From Planctomycetota bacterium (lineage in GTDB: Bacteria > Planctomycetota > Planctomycetia > Pirellulales > UBA1268), in assembly GCA_031403195.1 (NCBI GenBank), contig JANNSZ010000075.1:2791-66790 (forward strand): a DNA stretch of 64,000 bases, read 5' to 3'. Below, in pieces: positions 19,792 through 30,271 of this stretch; the first letter of the stretch is position 1; the number at the start of each line of letters is the position of its first letter. The notes beneath the pieces are model-generated. The model saw nothing but the letters and a program-made list of their open reading frames with translations. It was not told where the DNA came from and made no database searches. The translations under genes were made by a program, and so were the position numbers.

Positions 19792-20252
19792 ACGTGATCG
19801 GTGACGCTTCACATGCCGTGATGCTCCTGGACTCGTTTGCACGGCATCTGGGCCGCGAACTTGTGGCCCGTCGAGGTACGGATGCGGAGCAGGCAGAGCG
19901 ACTTTTTGTGGCACCGATCGTCGTTGTGTCGCATGGCACGGAGGCGGACCCCGTGCTCAACTATGGAAATGCTGCGGCGCTTGCCCTCTGGGAAATGACC
20001 TGGGAAGAGTTGACGCGGACGCCCTCACGGTTGACCGCGGAGCCCGTTCACCGCGATGAGCGGGCAAGGCTGCTCTCGCGAACGCGGGAGCAGGGCTACG
20101 TCGACGACTACTCCGGTGTCCGAATCTCAAAATCAGGCAAGCGATTTCGCATCGCGCAGGCGATCGTCTGGAACCTCGTGGACGCCACGGGGGCCCCGTG
20201 CGGGCAGGCGGCCACGTTCGACCACTGGAAGCCGCTCGAAGATCTCGCGTGA
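19788..20252 (+). CDS. MEKHLA domain-containing protein
   Basis: VVVSHGTEADPVLNYGNAAALALWEMTWEELTRTPSRLTAEPVHRDERARLL...YSGVRISKSGKRFRIAQAIVWNLVD is the PAS-like MEKHLA pattern seen in stand-alone bacterial homologues. Confidence 0.7.
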   Translation: MNVIGDASHAVMLLDSFARHLGRELVARRGTDAEQAERLFVAPIVVVSHGTEADPVLNYGNAAALALWEMTWEELTRTPSRLTAEPVHRDERARLLSRTREQGYVDDYSGVRISKSGKRFRIAQAIVWNLVDATGAPCGQAATFDHWKPLEDLA

Positions 20253-20361
20253 TGGGAAGTTCGCAGTCGAAAGTTGCCTGCCTGAGCGACGCCGCCTCTA
20301 ATACTTAGGACGCTCGACTCGCGTGTCATGTTTCACCCGTTCCTTACCGCCGGAGCCTTTC

Positions 20362-20913
20362 ATGTCGCTCATCAAGCTGTTGTGTGTGCTTTCGCTGGTC
20401 TGCATGGGTGCCATGGCCATCGCAGCCACTGTGGAGGGCCCTCTTTCCGGGACGATGAAGTCGATCGACGGCAAGGATGTCGATCTGGCTTCCTACGATG
20501 GCAAGGTCGTGCTCGTGGTCAACGTGGCCAGCCGCTGCGGAGCCACGCCGCAATACGCCGGCCTCGAGGCTCTCTATGAAAAGTACAAAGACAAGGGCTT
20601 TGTCGTGCTGGGTTTCCCGGCGAACGATTTCGGTGCCCAGGAGCCTGGAAACGACGAGCAAATTCAGGAGTTCTGCACATCGAAGTACAACGTCACCTTC
20701 CCGATGTTTTCCAAAATCACGGTGCAGGGCGAGGGCCAGCCGCGGCTCTATAAGGTGCTCACCGAGACGGCCGATCCCGCTGGCAAAATCGGCTGGAACT
20801 TTGAAAAGTTCTTGATTGGCAAAGACGGCCAGGTGGCTAGCCGATTCAAGACTCGCGTGACCCCCGACAATCCTGAGATCATCGCCGCGATTGAGGCGGA
20901 GTTGGCCAAGTAG
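20362..20913 (+). CDS. Glutathione peroxidase (Cys-type, with signal peptide)
   Basis: NVASRCGATPQY (TGC Cys codon, not TGA), LGFPANDFGAQEPG, WNFEKFLIG. The N-terminal hydrophobic signal starts from the ATG at 20362. Confidence 0.85.
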   Translation: MSLIKLLCVLSLVCMGAMAIAATVEGPLSGTMKSIDGKDVDLASYDGKVVLVVNVASRCGATPQYAGLEALYEKYKDKGFVVLGFPANDFGAQEPGNDEQIQEFCTSKYNVTFPMFSKITVQGEGQPRLYKVLTETADPAGKIGWNFEKFLIGKDGQVASRFKTRVTPDNPEIIAAIEAELAK

Positions 20914-20921
20914 GGCGGCCG

Positions 20922-21941
20922 TCAGGCGGCGCGGGACTTCGACTGCTGCGACGACGCGGCTGGGCCGATGGTGCGGCGAATCACCCACGGTGGGCGTCCC
21001 TGCACCTCGCGATAGGTTCGGGCGACATACTCGCCCACGATGGCCACGGCAGCGGTCTGTACCGCCGCGATAAGACCCACCACGGCGACGACTGAGGCGA
21101 GCGAGATGCCCTCGGGGGTCGAGCCAAACCAAGCTGCCGCTGTGGCAGAGAGCGTGGCCAGTGTCCCGACGACCGCGAGGCTCGCGGCGGCCACCCATGT
21201 GAGTCGCAGGGGTGCATCGGAAGAAAGCACGAGCGCATCGGCCGCCAGTTTGGCGAGTTTCCACGGCGAGTACTTTGTTTCGCCAGCTGCCCTTGGATGA
21301 CGGTCGTACCACACCGGCTCATGGCGAAAGCCAGCCCACGGTACGAGGCTGCGGAGGTAACGCCGCTTCTCCGGGAGCGCGACGACCGCATCGGCAACAG
21401 CACGGTCGATGAGCTTGAAGTCGCCCGTATCCACGGGCACGGGATACGGGATCAGCCGGGCGAAGAGTCGATGGTAGACGCTCGCCGTCACGAGCTTGAA
21501 CGCGGTTTCGCCAGTCCGGCGTCGGCGTCGGCCATAGGCCACGTCGGCGCCTGCCCGCCAGGCCCGCACCATGTCGGGAATCACCTCGGGGGGGTCTTGA
21601 AGATCGGCGTCGGTGATCACGATCGCATCGCCCCGCGCGGCCACGAGCCCGGCCGACATTGCCGCCTGCTGGCCAAAGTTTCTGGAGAACTCGATCACCG
21701 TGATGCGTGAATCCCGCGCGGCGATCCGCTCGAGCCGCGCAAGCGTGGCGTCGCGGCTTCCGTCGTCCACATAGATCACTTCAAAATCCATGCCGGTCGT
21801 CAGCAGGACCTCGGTGAGCCGCGCGTGGGTGGTGTCGATCACGTCGGCTTCGTTGTGGCAAGGGATGACCACCGACAGAAGTCCGCGGGGAGATCGGCGG
21901 GCCGTGGTCCGATCGGATGGGGCTGATGGTTGATCAGTCAT
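20922..21941 (-). CDS. GT2 polyprenyl-phosphate glycosyltransferase (ArnC/GtrB/DPM1-like)
   Basis: LSVVIPCHNEADVI, VDDGSRDAT, ITDADLQDPPE, plus two C-terminal TM helices. The start overlaps the upstream GT39 stop by 4 bp. Confidence 0.85.
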   Translation of the reverse strand: MTDQPSAPSDRTTARRSPRGLLSVVIPCHNEADVIDTTHARLTEVLLTTGMDFEVIYVDDGSRDATLARLERIAARDSRITVIEFSRNFGQQAAMSAGLVAARGDAIVITDADLQDPPEVIPDMVRAWRAGADVAYGRRRRRTGETAFKLVTASVYHRLFARLIPYPVPVDTGDFKLIDRAVADAVVALPEKRRYLRSLVPWAGFRHEPVWYDRHPRAAGETKYSPWKLAKLAADALVLSSDAPLRLTWVAAASLAVVGTLATLSATAAAWFGSTPEGISLASVVAVVGLIAAVQTAAVAIVGEYVARTYREVQGRPPWVIRRTIGPAASSQQSKSRAA

Positions 21942-23740
21942 CGTGGTACCTCACCGCTTCCGGCGGTTCGATCGCTCGGTGGCACCCTGCCGATCGCGAC
22001 CACATCGTGGGGCCGGAAAAGCGGACGGGTGCGTCCGATGATGCCGTGCCCTGCCGGCAGTCGTGACTCGATGAGCCGGAGCTTCTGCTCGGGAATGAGC
22101 AGGACGGCATCAGGCGAAGACGACAGGAACGCCACCGCGTCATCCACATCGTCGCGGACGATTTGGTGCACGGGGTTCTCAGCATAGAACACGATATTGG
22201 GGCTCGCGATCGTGAAGGTGCCCAGCCGTGCGCCGCTGGGGGCAGACTCGTCGAGGGATTGGACGAACGCAGGAATGGTGTTGGCTCTCCCAATGATGGT
22301 CGAGCCGGGTCCCACGGCCAGCGCGGTAAAGAGCAGCGACGTGACTGCGAAGGCGTTCACGGCTTCGAGTGGTCGCGCCGTTGCGGAGAGTCTCCAGCAG
22401 ATGAACGCGCCGACCAGCGGCACCATGCCCACGATCGCGGCCGACTCACCTCCGGCAGCACCAAAGCGGGCTGCGACGATCACCGTGACAGACGTCGCGA
22501 TCCCGCCAAACACGAGACCACCAAGCCCAAACGCAACCCAGCGGGGATGCGGCCAGCGGCCCGTCGCAGCGGCTCGCCGCGCGGCATCGATGCTTACCCA
22601 GGCCACGAGGAGGGCTGCGGCTGGATACGCGGGAAGAACGTAGTTCGGCAGCTTGGTGGCAGCCACGGAAAACCCGCCGACCCAGACCGCAAACCACACC
22701 AGGATCAGGCCCACGGCAGGAACGAGCGCGGCTGGGATGGTCCGCCGCCACACCCGCCACGTCGCAAGCACGAGCGATAGAGGCAGGAAGCACGACCAGG
22801 GGTAGAAGCACACCAGCAATGTCACCGGGTGATACCAGAGGCCACCGCCATGCTTCTCCATTGGGGCCATGAATCGGCCGACGTTGTGGACAAAGAAGAA
22901 ACCCTCGATCCAGGCACCGTTGGTCCGCTGCCAGACGGCGACATACCACGGCGCCGCAGTTGCTATGGCCGCGAGGGTGAGGACGACCGGCCGCAGGCTT
23001 CGAATGACGTCGACGACGGCGGGAATCGCCGCCGAAAACACTCGCGTGCGCCATGAGCCCGAGGGGCTCGCGGCCGCACGACGATCAATCGCCACCCACC
23101 AGGCCCATGGCGCGAGTACCGCCAACGGTCCGACAAAGCCAATGGGGCCCTTGCAGACAACAGCCAGTCCGAGAAGGAGGCCGATGCCAGCGGCGCGGCC
23201 CACGCTCAGTCGTGGCAGTCCGGCATCGACGACCTCACTGCCAGCTCCTGAATCGCCCGATCTCGCAGTGGCTGCCGTTCCGAGAATCACCTCCGCCACG
23301 AGCACCACCGCCCAGCTGCAAAGCGCCGTGAGGATGGCGTCGGGCGTGGCGGCGTGGGCCTCGATGCCGACGAGGAGCGTCCCGAGCCATGCCAAGGCGG
23401 CGATCATGCCAACCAGCGGATCAAAGAATCTCGTTCCGATGCGGAGGACCGCCAGGGCCGTCACAATCGCCGCGATCATCGACGGGAGCCGTGCTGCGAA
23501 TTCATTGGTGCCAAAGACGCTCATGCAGGCAGCCATACACCAGTGCATGAGCACCGGCTTGTCGACCGCGAGCTGGCCGTTGAACATCGGCACGACCCAG
23601 TCGCCAGTCTCCACCATCGCGCGGGCAATCGCAGCGAAGCGGGGCTCGTCTTCATCCCAGAGTGGCGAACTGGCCGTGCCCACGGCGAGTGCGACGATGC
23701 CGGCGGCAAGGACGATGAAGAGCGGACGATGGTACGTCAT
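21938..23740 (-). CDS. GT39/ArnT-PMT family polytopic glycosyltransferase (paralogue A)
   Basis: First-loop acidic motif (SPLWDEDEPRFAAIARAMVETGDWVVPMFNG) and more than 10 TM helices. The start at 23740 (MTYHRPLF) was chosen by analogy with the paralogue. The ORF extends to 23869. Confidence 0.75.
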   Translation of the reverse strand: MTYHRPLFIVLAAGIVALAVGTASSPLWDEDEPRFAAIARAMVETGDWVVPMFNGQLAVDKPVLMHWCMAACMSVFGTNEFAARLPSMIAAIVTALAVLRIGTRFFDPLVGMIAALAWLGTLLVGIEAHAATPDAILTALCSWAVVLVAEVILGTAATARSGDSGAGSEVVDAGLPRLSVGRAAGIGLLLGLAVVCKGPIGFVGPLAVLAPWAWWVAIDRRAAASPSGSWRTRVFSAAIPAVVDVIRSLRPVVLTLAAIATAAPWYVAVWQRTNGAWIEGFFFVHNVGRFMAPMEKHGGGLWYHPVTLLVCFYPWSCFLPLSLVLATWRVWRRTIPAALVPAVGLILVWFAVWVGGFSVAATKLPNYVLPAYPAAALLVAWVSIDAARRAAATGRWPHPRWVAFGLGGLVFGGIATSVTVIVAARFGAAGGESAAIVGMVPLVGAFICWRLSATARPLEAVNAFAVTSLLFTALAVGPGSTIIGRANTIPAFVQSLDESAPSGARLGTFTIASPNIVFYAENPVHQIVRDDVDDAVAFLSSSPDAVLLIPEQKLRLIESRLPAGHGIIGRTRPLFRPHDVVAIGRVPPSDRTAGSGEVPR

Positions 23741-23872
23741 GGGATCGGTTGGTCTCGAGGTGGAAGGAGCCATGAGGACTATTTGTTGACGTTTGAATAC
23801 TTGATTCATGGCAGAAGGCCAAAAAAGCCCGGAGCGAAGCGAAGGGACGGCCGTGAGTGAACTTTTCAAAGC

Positions 23873-25645
23873 TCAATGGGGTCGCGGTGGGGCGGTGTGA
23901 AGACTTGTGGAGGTCTCGGCAAATCGGCCATAGGTCGTGGGCTCGTCGATGCCGAAGAGGATGAGCTCTCGCGACTCCGGGAGCACCTTGGCGGTGCGGA
24001 GCACCCGGTACCCGGCGGGGAGCGATGGGGCGACCGATGCGGCGAATCGGCCGTCGACCACGATCGGTGCGCCGGGATGCTGGGCGAGGAACGCGGCGAC
24101 TTCAGAGGGTTCCTCGAGCGGCGTGACTCGGCCACCGTCTGCAATGAGGCCGGCGTAGAACGATGTGCTCGGCGGGGCGCGGTATGACGCGATCGGATGG
24201 GGGATGCCTTCCGACGGCAGGCAGGCCAGCAGATGCCGTGTGCCACCGCCCTGGGCCAGGGCCCCAGGACCGATCGTGACGAGGAGCCCCACGCTGGCCA
24301 CCGCGGTCGCAGCCCAACAGGCTGCTGCAGTCCTTCGAGACGAAAGCGACTGGCTCATCCATGCGAGGCCGCTGCCCACAAGCGGGACGATACCGATCAG
24401 GCCCACCCACTCGCTCCCCGGCGCCAGGCGGGCCACCGTCAACGGAACGCCGATGCCAATGGCAACGCCCGACGCTGCAAGAAACAGCCAAGCCCATCGC
24501 ATCCAGAAGTCGGCCCAGCGGCCCGGCGATTGAATCCAGTCTGCAACGAACAAGCCCACGCAGCAGGCTGCGGCCGGGTAGGCAGGCCAGATATAGCCCG
24601 GCAGCTTCGTGCCGGCGAGCGAAAAGGGCACGATCCAGGCAGCGAGCCAGACGATCACCACCCGCATTCCGGCTCGTGATGCGCCGTCGGTGCGTACAGA
24701 CTGGAACGCATGCTGGCCGATCAGTGCCGAGGCCATCGACCAGGGGAAGAGTCCTATGAGGAGGACGAGCGGGTAGTAGAAGAAGGACGATCCAGAATGG
24801 CCTTCCATTGGCGCTGCGAAGCGACCCACGTTGTGGACAAGAAAAAACCCGCGAGGCCAATCACCACCTGTTCGCAGGCTCACGGCGACATACCACGGCG
24901 ACGCAACGATCAGTGCGGTCAGAATGATGAGTCCAGGGCGCACACCGCGCCACGCGGCGATCGTCGCCACTGTGAACTGGTGCCAGATTGGACCCTCGTG
25001 GTCAGAGGCAGCCGCCGACTGCCACCAGGCGAACGTGCCGATGGCAGCGAGCGGGAGCACGAGTCCGACTGGGCCCTTCGTGAGGACTGCCAGCCCGCAG
25101 GCCATTCCGATCGTGGCGGCAGACTTCGGAGTGATCTGAATCGGTCGGCCTTGCCACTGGTCTCCGCCCGCGCCGCACCCGCGGACAAACGCCCAGAGGG
25201 CGAGTGTCGTGAAAAACGCCAGCGGGGCATCGGGCGTGGCGGCGCGACCGGCGATGCCAGTCCAGAGGCAGGTGGCCATGGCGATACCCGCCCATACGGC
25301 CACGTCGGGACGGAACAGCATGGCGGCGATACGCCACGTAAGCACGCAGGTGAGCATCGTCAGAAGTGCCGAGCCGATGCGAGCCCCGGTCTCGTTGGTG
25401 CCGGCTGCTGCGAAGCCCGCGAGGTGGACCCAGTTCACGAGCGCCGGTTTTTCGACCCGGAGCTTGCCGTTGAAGGTGGGGACGACCCAGTCGCCGCTGT
25501 CCCACATGGCAAGTGAGCAGGCAGCGTTGCGAGGCTCGTCATCGTCCCAGAGAGGCGGTCCGCCAAGGTTCGGAAGGAGGACCATCGCGGCCGCGATGGC
25601 CACAACGAGCCAGGCAAAACGGTGGTCAGTCGTTGCTTTTTGCAT
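23873..25645 (-). CDS. GT39/ArnT-PMT family polytopic glycosyltransferase (paralogue B)
   Basis: PPLWDDDEPRNAACSLAMWDSGDWVVPTFNGKLRVEKPALVNW. The architecture is collinear with paralogue A, including a soluble C-terminal domain of about 100 aa. Confidence 0.75.
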   Translation of the reverse strand: MQKATTDHRFAWLVVAIAAAMVLLPNLGGPPLWDDDEPRNAACSLAMWDSGDWVVPTFNGKLRVEKPALVNWVHLAGFAAAGTNETGARIGSALLTMLTCVLTWRIAAMLFRPDVAVWAGIAMATCLWTGIAGRAATPDAPLAFFTTLALWAFVRGCGAGGDQWQGRPIQITPKSAATIGMACGLAVLTKGPVGLVLPLAAIGTFAWWQSAAASDHEGPIWHQFTVATIAAWRGVRPGLIILTALIVASPWYVAVSLRTGGDWPRGFFLVHNVGRFAAPMEGHSGSSFFYYPLVLLIGLFPWSMASALIGQHAFQSVRTDGASRAGMRVVIVWLAAWIVPFSLAGTKLPGYIWPAYPAAACCVGLFVADWIQSPGRWADFWMRWAWLFLAASGVAIGIGVPLTVARLAPGSEWVGLIGIVPLVGSGLAWMSQSLSSRRTAAACWAATAVASVGLLVTIGPGALAQGGGTRHLLACLPSEGIPHPIASYRAPPSTSFYAGLIADGGRVTPLEEPSEVAAFLAQHPGAPIVVDGRFAASVAPSLPAGYRVLRTAKVLPESRELILFGIDEPTTYGRFAETSTSLHTAPPRPH

Positions 25646-25893
25646 GGCTCGTGAAGGCTCCCCCGCGAATCAGGAACGAGACTCGGGCCGGGCTCCCGGG
25701 GAGTGTGGAAGGGGGCGGGAGGGTAGGGGGGCGCCCGGCAGCGGGTCAACCCGACACCAGATGCGAAAATAGCCCTCTTTTCACCCGGTTTCCCGGCGGT
25801 TGACCGACCCTGTGGGACGGGTATGTTCAACGCATCGCGGCGGACCGACATGGATGGCCGACGAAGGGTTCGAGCTCGCTTGGAGGCCGTTCT

Positions 25894-28647
25894 TTGGCTG
25901 AAGATGAAAACCCGTCCGGCAGCAGCGGCCCAGAATCAGGCGGCGGTGACGCGGGGGGTGGCGAGCCGGTCCGTGACGGTTTGCGTGACATTTCCGGCGG
26001 TCGGCTCGTGGAGATGCCGATCGAGCAGGAGCTCAAAGACAGCTATCTGACGTACGCCATGAGCGTGATCGTCAGCCGGGCGCTGCCCGATGTCCGCGAT
26101 GGGCTCAAGCCCTCGCAGCGACGCATCCTCGTCGCGATGAACGATCTCAACCTCACTCCCGGTGCCGGGCGAGTGAAGTGTGCCAAGATTTCGGGCGACA
26201 CCAGCGGGAACTACCACCCGCACGGCGAAAGCGTGATTTACCCCACGCTCGTCCGCATGGCCCAGGAATGGAACATGCGGCACGTGCTCGTCGACAAGCA
26301 GGGCAACTTCGGCTCGATCGCCGGTCTGCCCGCTGCCGCGATGCGGTACACCGAGGCGCGTCTCTCGCCGATCGCGGCCCTCATGCTCGACGACCTGTCA
26401 CTCGACACGGTCGACTTCGTGCCGACGTATGACGAGCGGAATACCGAGCCGACCGTGCTGCCGAGCCGATTTCCGAACCTCGTTGTCAACGGCGCCGGCG
26501 GCATCGCCGTCGGCATGGCCACGAGCATCCCGCCGCACAACCTCGGTGAGGTTTGCCGGGCACTTATCGCTCTCATCGACAACCCCGATCTGTCGATGGC
26601 CGAGCTGCTCGATTTCGTGCCAGGCCCCGACTTTCCGACCGGTGGGATCGTCATGGGCCGCGAGGCCCTCATGCGAGGCTACCTCACCGGCCGCAGCACG
26701 ATCACGCTCCGTGCCCGGGCGCATGTCGAAGAGTTCGGCAAGAACCGGCATCGGATCGTCGTCACGGAGATTCCGTACCAGCAGACCCGCGACGCGATTG
26801 AAGAAAAGATTGCCGAGCTCGTCAACGAAGATCGCATCAAGGGCATCTCAGGCATCCGCAACGAAAGCGACCTCAAGGAGCCGGTGCGGCTCATTCTGGA
26901 GCTCAAGCGAGATGCTGATCCCGATGTCGTGCTGAATCAGCTCTACCAATTTTCAACGCTTCAGACCACGTTCTCGCTCATCTTCCTGGCACTGGTCGAC
27001 GGCAAGCCTCGGATCCTTTCGATCAAGGAGCTTCTCGCCGAGTTTGTGCGGCACCGCATGACGGTCATCCGTCGCCGCACGCAGCACCTTCTCCAGAAGG
27101 CTCGCAGTCGCAAGCACACGCTCGAGGGGCTGCTTGTCGCCCTTGCCAACATCGATGAGGTGATTCGGATCATCCGCTCATCGAAATCACAGGCCGAGGC
27201 GAAGGAACGGCTGTGCCATCTCGAGGCGCCTGCCGCGTTGCTGGAACGGGCGCTGGGGGCCGAAGGGTTCGCTGTGCTCCAGGAAGAACGAGGCGTGGCC
27301 GAAGCCTACGGGCTCTCGCCGGTCCAGGCCGATGCCATCCTCCGACTGACGCTTGGCCAGCTCGTCAATCTCGAGCATGAAAAACTCGGGGGTGAGCACC
27401 GCGAATTGCTCGGGAAGATCTCTGAGTTTCGTCGGATCCTCGCGAGCGAAGCCGGGATCAAGGCGATTATCCGTGAGGACATGGTCGAGCTCGAGGCCAA
27501 GCATGCCGAGCCCCGTCGCACGGAAATCAGCGGTGAGGCGGGTGACATCCGCGACATGGCCGAGTTGATCACCGAGGCCACGATGGTGGTCACGATTACG
27601 CGGGCTGGCTATGTGAAGCGGACGGCCGCCGATGTCTACCGTGCCCAGCGGCGGGGTGGCAAGGGGCTCAAGGGAGCCAGCGCCGACGAAGAAGATCCCA
27701 TCGAGCATCTTTTCGTGGCAAGCACGCACGACTGGCTCCTTGTCTTCACGACACTCGGCAAGGTCTTCTCGATGCGAGTCTTCGAGTTGCCTGAGCTCGC
27801 GCGTGATGCCAAGGGGCGGGCGCTCGTCAACCTGCTTGAGTTTGAGCCGGGCGAGAAGGTGGCGCAGTGCCGTGCCGTGGGTGGTTTCGAAGATTCCGAT
27901 CAGTTCCTGCTCCTGGCGACTCGTGGCGGCGTCGTCAAAAAGACAGCGCTCGAGCAGTACCGTCGCCGCCGCACGAAGGGGCTCATTGCGGTCAAACTCC
28001 GTGAGGGTGACGAGCTTGTGGGCGCGGCGATCACCAAGGCGGGCGATGAGTTGGTGCTCGCCACGGCCAAGGGCATGGCCATTCGGTTCCCCGAGTCGGA
28101 TGCCAGGCCAATGGGCCGCGACACGAGTGGTGTCCGCGGCATCAAACTCGGCAGTGGGGATTGGCTCGTGGGAATGGTGGTGGCCGATCCCGACGCGACG
28201 CTGTTGACGGTCTGCGAGAATGGTCATGGAAAGCGGACACCATTCGGAACGGGCACGCCCCTCTCGGGCCCCGCCGCAGACGATGACGCCGGCGACGAGC
28301 AGCCGACTGAGCCTGCCGCAGACGCCGAGGCGGAGGGAGACGAGAGCGTCAGCGGGATGCGCTACCGCACGCAGCACCGTGGCGGCAAGGGTGTTCGTGA
28401 TATCAAGACGACGGCCCGCAACGGCCAGGTTGTGGCTGTGGTGGCGGTCCGCGACGAGGATCAGGTGCTCATGATGACCGCCCGCGGAAAGATCCAGCGG
28501 GTGAATGTCGCCGAGATCAAGGCCATTGGACGCAACACGCAGGGTGTCCGAATCATGCGCATGGACGAGGGTGACACACTCGCCGCCGTTGTGCCCGTGC
28601 CACCGGGCGAACAGGAGGAGGCGGACAGCCCGCCCCCGGTCGAATAG
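25894..28647 (+). CDS. gyrA: DNA gyrase subunit A
   Basis: [34 protein letters not shown], active-site [10 protein letters not shown], and a C-terminal beta-pinwheel with an acidic insertion. TTG start at 25894. A low-complexity N-terminal extension makes the exact start uncertain. Confidence 0.9.
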   Translation: MAEDENPSGSSGPESGGGDAGGGEPVRDGLRDISGGRLVEMPIEQELKDSYLTYAMSVIVSRALPDVRDGLKPSQRRILVAMNDLNLTPGAGRVKCAKISGDTSGNYHPHGESVIYPTLVRMAQEWNMRHVLVDKQGNFGSIAGLPAAAMRYTEARLSPIAALMLDDLSLDTVDFVPTYDERNTEPTVLPSRFPNLVVNGAGGIAVGMATSIPPHNLGEVCRALIALIDNPDLSMAELLDFVPGPDFPTGGIVMGREALMRGYLTGRSTITLRARAHVEEFGKNRHRIVVTEIPYQQTRDAIEEKIAELVNEDRIKGISGIRNESDLKEPVRLILELKRDADPDVVLNQLYQFSTLQTTFSLIFLALVDGKPRILSIKELLAEFVRHRMTVIRRRTQHLLQKARSRKHTLEGLLVALANIDEVIRIIRSSKSQAEAKERLCHLEAPAALLERALGAEGFAVLQEERGVAEAYGLSPVQADAILRLTLGQLVNLEHEKLGGEHRELLGKISEFRRILASEAGIKAIIREDMVELEAKHAEPRRTEISGEAGDIRDMAELITEATMVVTITRAGYVKRTAADVYRAQRRGGKGLKGASADEEDPIEHLFVASTHDWLLVFTTLGKVFSMRVFELPELARDAKGRALVNLLEFEPGEKVAQCRAVGGFEDSDQFLLLATRGGVVKKTALEQYRRRRTKGLIAVKLREGDELVGAAITKAGDELVLATAKGMAIRFPESDARPMGRDTSGVRGIKLGSGDWLVGMVVADPDATLLTVCENGHGKRTPFGTGTPLSGPAADDDAGDEQPTEPAADAEAEGDESVSGMRYRTQHRGGKGVRDIKTTARNGQVVAVVAVRDEDQVLMMTARGKIQRVNVAEIKAIGRNTQGVRIMRMDEGDTLAAVVPVPPGEQEEADSPPPVE

Positions 28648-28674
28648 TCTGATCGCCCTCGACGGAGCCTTGCC

Positions 28675-29982
28675 GTGCGGATCGGTATCGTTGGAACGGG
28701 CTATGTCGGCCTCGTGACAGGAACCTGCTTTGCCGACAGCGGCAACACGGTCACCTGTCTCGACATCAACGCCGAGAAGATCGCTCGACTCATGCGGGGC
28801 GAGGTGCCCATTTACGAGCCCGGCCTCGAGGAGCTCGTCGTACGGAACGCTCGGGCCGGCCGTCTGCGATTTTCGACCGACACGGCGACGGCTATCGGAG
28901 ATGCCGACGTCGTTTTTCTCGCGGTGGGCACGCCGCCGAGCGATGACGGCTCGGCCGACCTGTCAGCCCTCTGGAAGGTCATCGAATCAATCGCCTCGTA
29001 CCTCCGTCCGGAGGCGATCGTGGTGACCAAGAGCACCGTGCCTGTCGGAACGTGTGCTGAGATCGAACGACGGCTCGACGCCCTCACCGGCCGGGTATGC
29101 CGGGTGGCGAGCAACCCCGAGTTCCTTAAGGAAGGGGCTGCCATCGAAGACTTCCAGAAGCCCGACCGCGTGGTCGTGGGGGTGCGGACGTCCGACGTGG
29201 GTGAAACGCTGCGGTCGCTCTACCTCCCGTTTCTCCGCACTGAAAACCCGTTTCTCGTGATGAGCCCCGAGAGCTCTGAGATGACGAAATATGTGGCCAA
29301 CGCGCTCTTGGCCACGAAGATCTCGTTCATCAACGAGGTGGCGAATCTCTGTGAACGAATGGACGCCGACATTGACGAAGTCCGTCGGGGTATCGGCCAT
29401 GACAGCCGAATCGGATTCGCATTCCTGTTTCCTGGAGCGGGCTACGGCGGGAGCTGTTTCCCCAAGGACGTGCAAGCCCTGGCTGCAATGGCTCGCGACA
29501 AGGGTATCACCCCGCGAATTCTCACGGCGGTCCATGAGACGAACCTGGCTCAAAAGCGAGTGCTCGGCGAGAAGATCACGGCACATTTTGGCGGGGCGAT
29601 TGCCGGGAAGCGCATCGCCGTGTGGGGCCTCGCATTCAAGCCCCGCACCGACGATATTCGCGATGCCCCCGCGATCGATCTCATTGAACGGCTGCTCGCG
29701 GGTCATGCCACGGTGCGGGTGCACGATCCCGAAGCCATGGCGAATGTCCGGGCGATCTACGGCGACAGGCTCGAGTATGCGGAAACACCACTCGATGCCC
29801 TCGACGGCGCCGACTGCTTGGCCATCGTCACCGAGTGGGGCGATTATCGACGGCCCGACTTTACCGCCATGGCGGAGCGCATGAAGGGCTGCGTGATCTT
29901 TGACGGGCGGAACCTGTACGCGCCCGCGGAGATGCTTTCCCGTGGGTTTTCCTACCACGCCATCGGGAAGCAGCCGGTGTGA
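28675..29982 (+). CDS. ugd: UDP-glucose 6-dehydrogenase
   Basis: [16 protein letters not shown] Rossmann motif, catalytic GGSCFPKD, 435 aa. Confidence 0.9.
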   Translation: MRIGIVGTGYVGLVTGTCFADSGNTVTCLDINAEKIARLMRGEVPIYEPGLEELVVRNARAGRLRFSTDTATAIGDADVVFLAVGTPPSDDGSADLSALWKVIESIASYLRPEAIVVTKSTVPVGTCAEIERRLDALTGRVCRVASNPEFLKEGAAIEDFQKPDRVVVGVRTSDVGETLRSLYLPFLRTENPFLVMSPESSEMTKYVANALLATKISFINEVANLCERMDADIDEVRRGIGHDSRIGFAFLFPGAGYGGSCFPKDVQALAAMARDKGITPRILTAVHETNLAQKRVLGEKITAHFGGAIAGKRIAVWGLAFKPRTDDIRDAPAIDLIERLLAGHATVRVHDPEAMANVRAIYGDRLEYAETPLDALDGADCLAIVTEWGDYRRPDFTAMAERMKGCVIFDGRNLYAPAEMLSRGFSYHAIGKQPV

Positions 29983-29993
29983 CGCCTCGCGTG

Positions 29994-30128
29994 GGCTCGG
30001 GGTGGCCCGTGACATGGCGCCGGACGTGAGCGACGGGCCTCGTGCCCGTCGCTCACTCGACGAAAACGAGCCTCCGCCATCCTGGCTCGGCTCGTTTTCC
30101 ACGCCGGCTCCATGACACGGGCCACCCC
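29994..30128 (+). repeat. Nested-palindrome repeat element, copy 1 (three-stem fold)
   Basis: The outer 25-nt arms are 29999-30023 and 30104-30128, with 23/25 complementary. Hairpin A (30026-30056) has a perfect 13-bp stem. Hairpin B (30062-30099) has an 11-bp stem. A second copy lies at 42124-42261. Confidence 0.8.
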
Positions 30129-30271
30129 AAGCCAAAAACGCATAGAAAAAAGCGCCCGCCTGCGCTCAAATCGCTTGCGAATCCGCGCATGCCCCGTCTG
30201 CGGGGGCGATCCACACCACATGGCGTCCGGAATCGACCGCCGGGAAGTGCGGTCGGCGGCCGGAGGGCCGC

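Noticed and set aside
20527-20529. Possible selenocysteine recoding in the glutathione peroxidase.
   Set aside because: The active-site residue is encoded by TGC (Cys) in NVASRCGAT, not by an in-frame TGA. No SECIS-like context is needed.
28987-30135. Antisense ORFs 28987..30135(-) and 41579..42328(-) share similar peptide tails (..GGPCHGAGVENEPSQ.. and ..GGPCSGAGVGNNRSQ..), suggesting a duplicated small gene.
   Set aside because: The similarity comes from the duplicated palindromic DNA element. Non-triplet indels between the copies shift the frame, and most of each ORF is antisense to ugd or the vWA gene.
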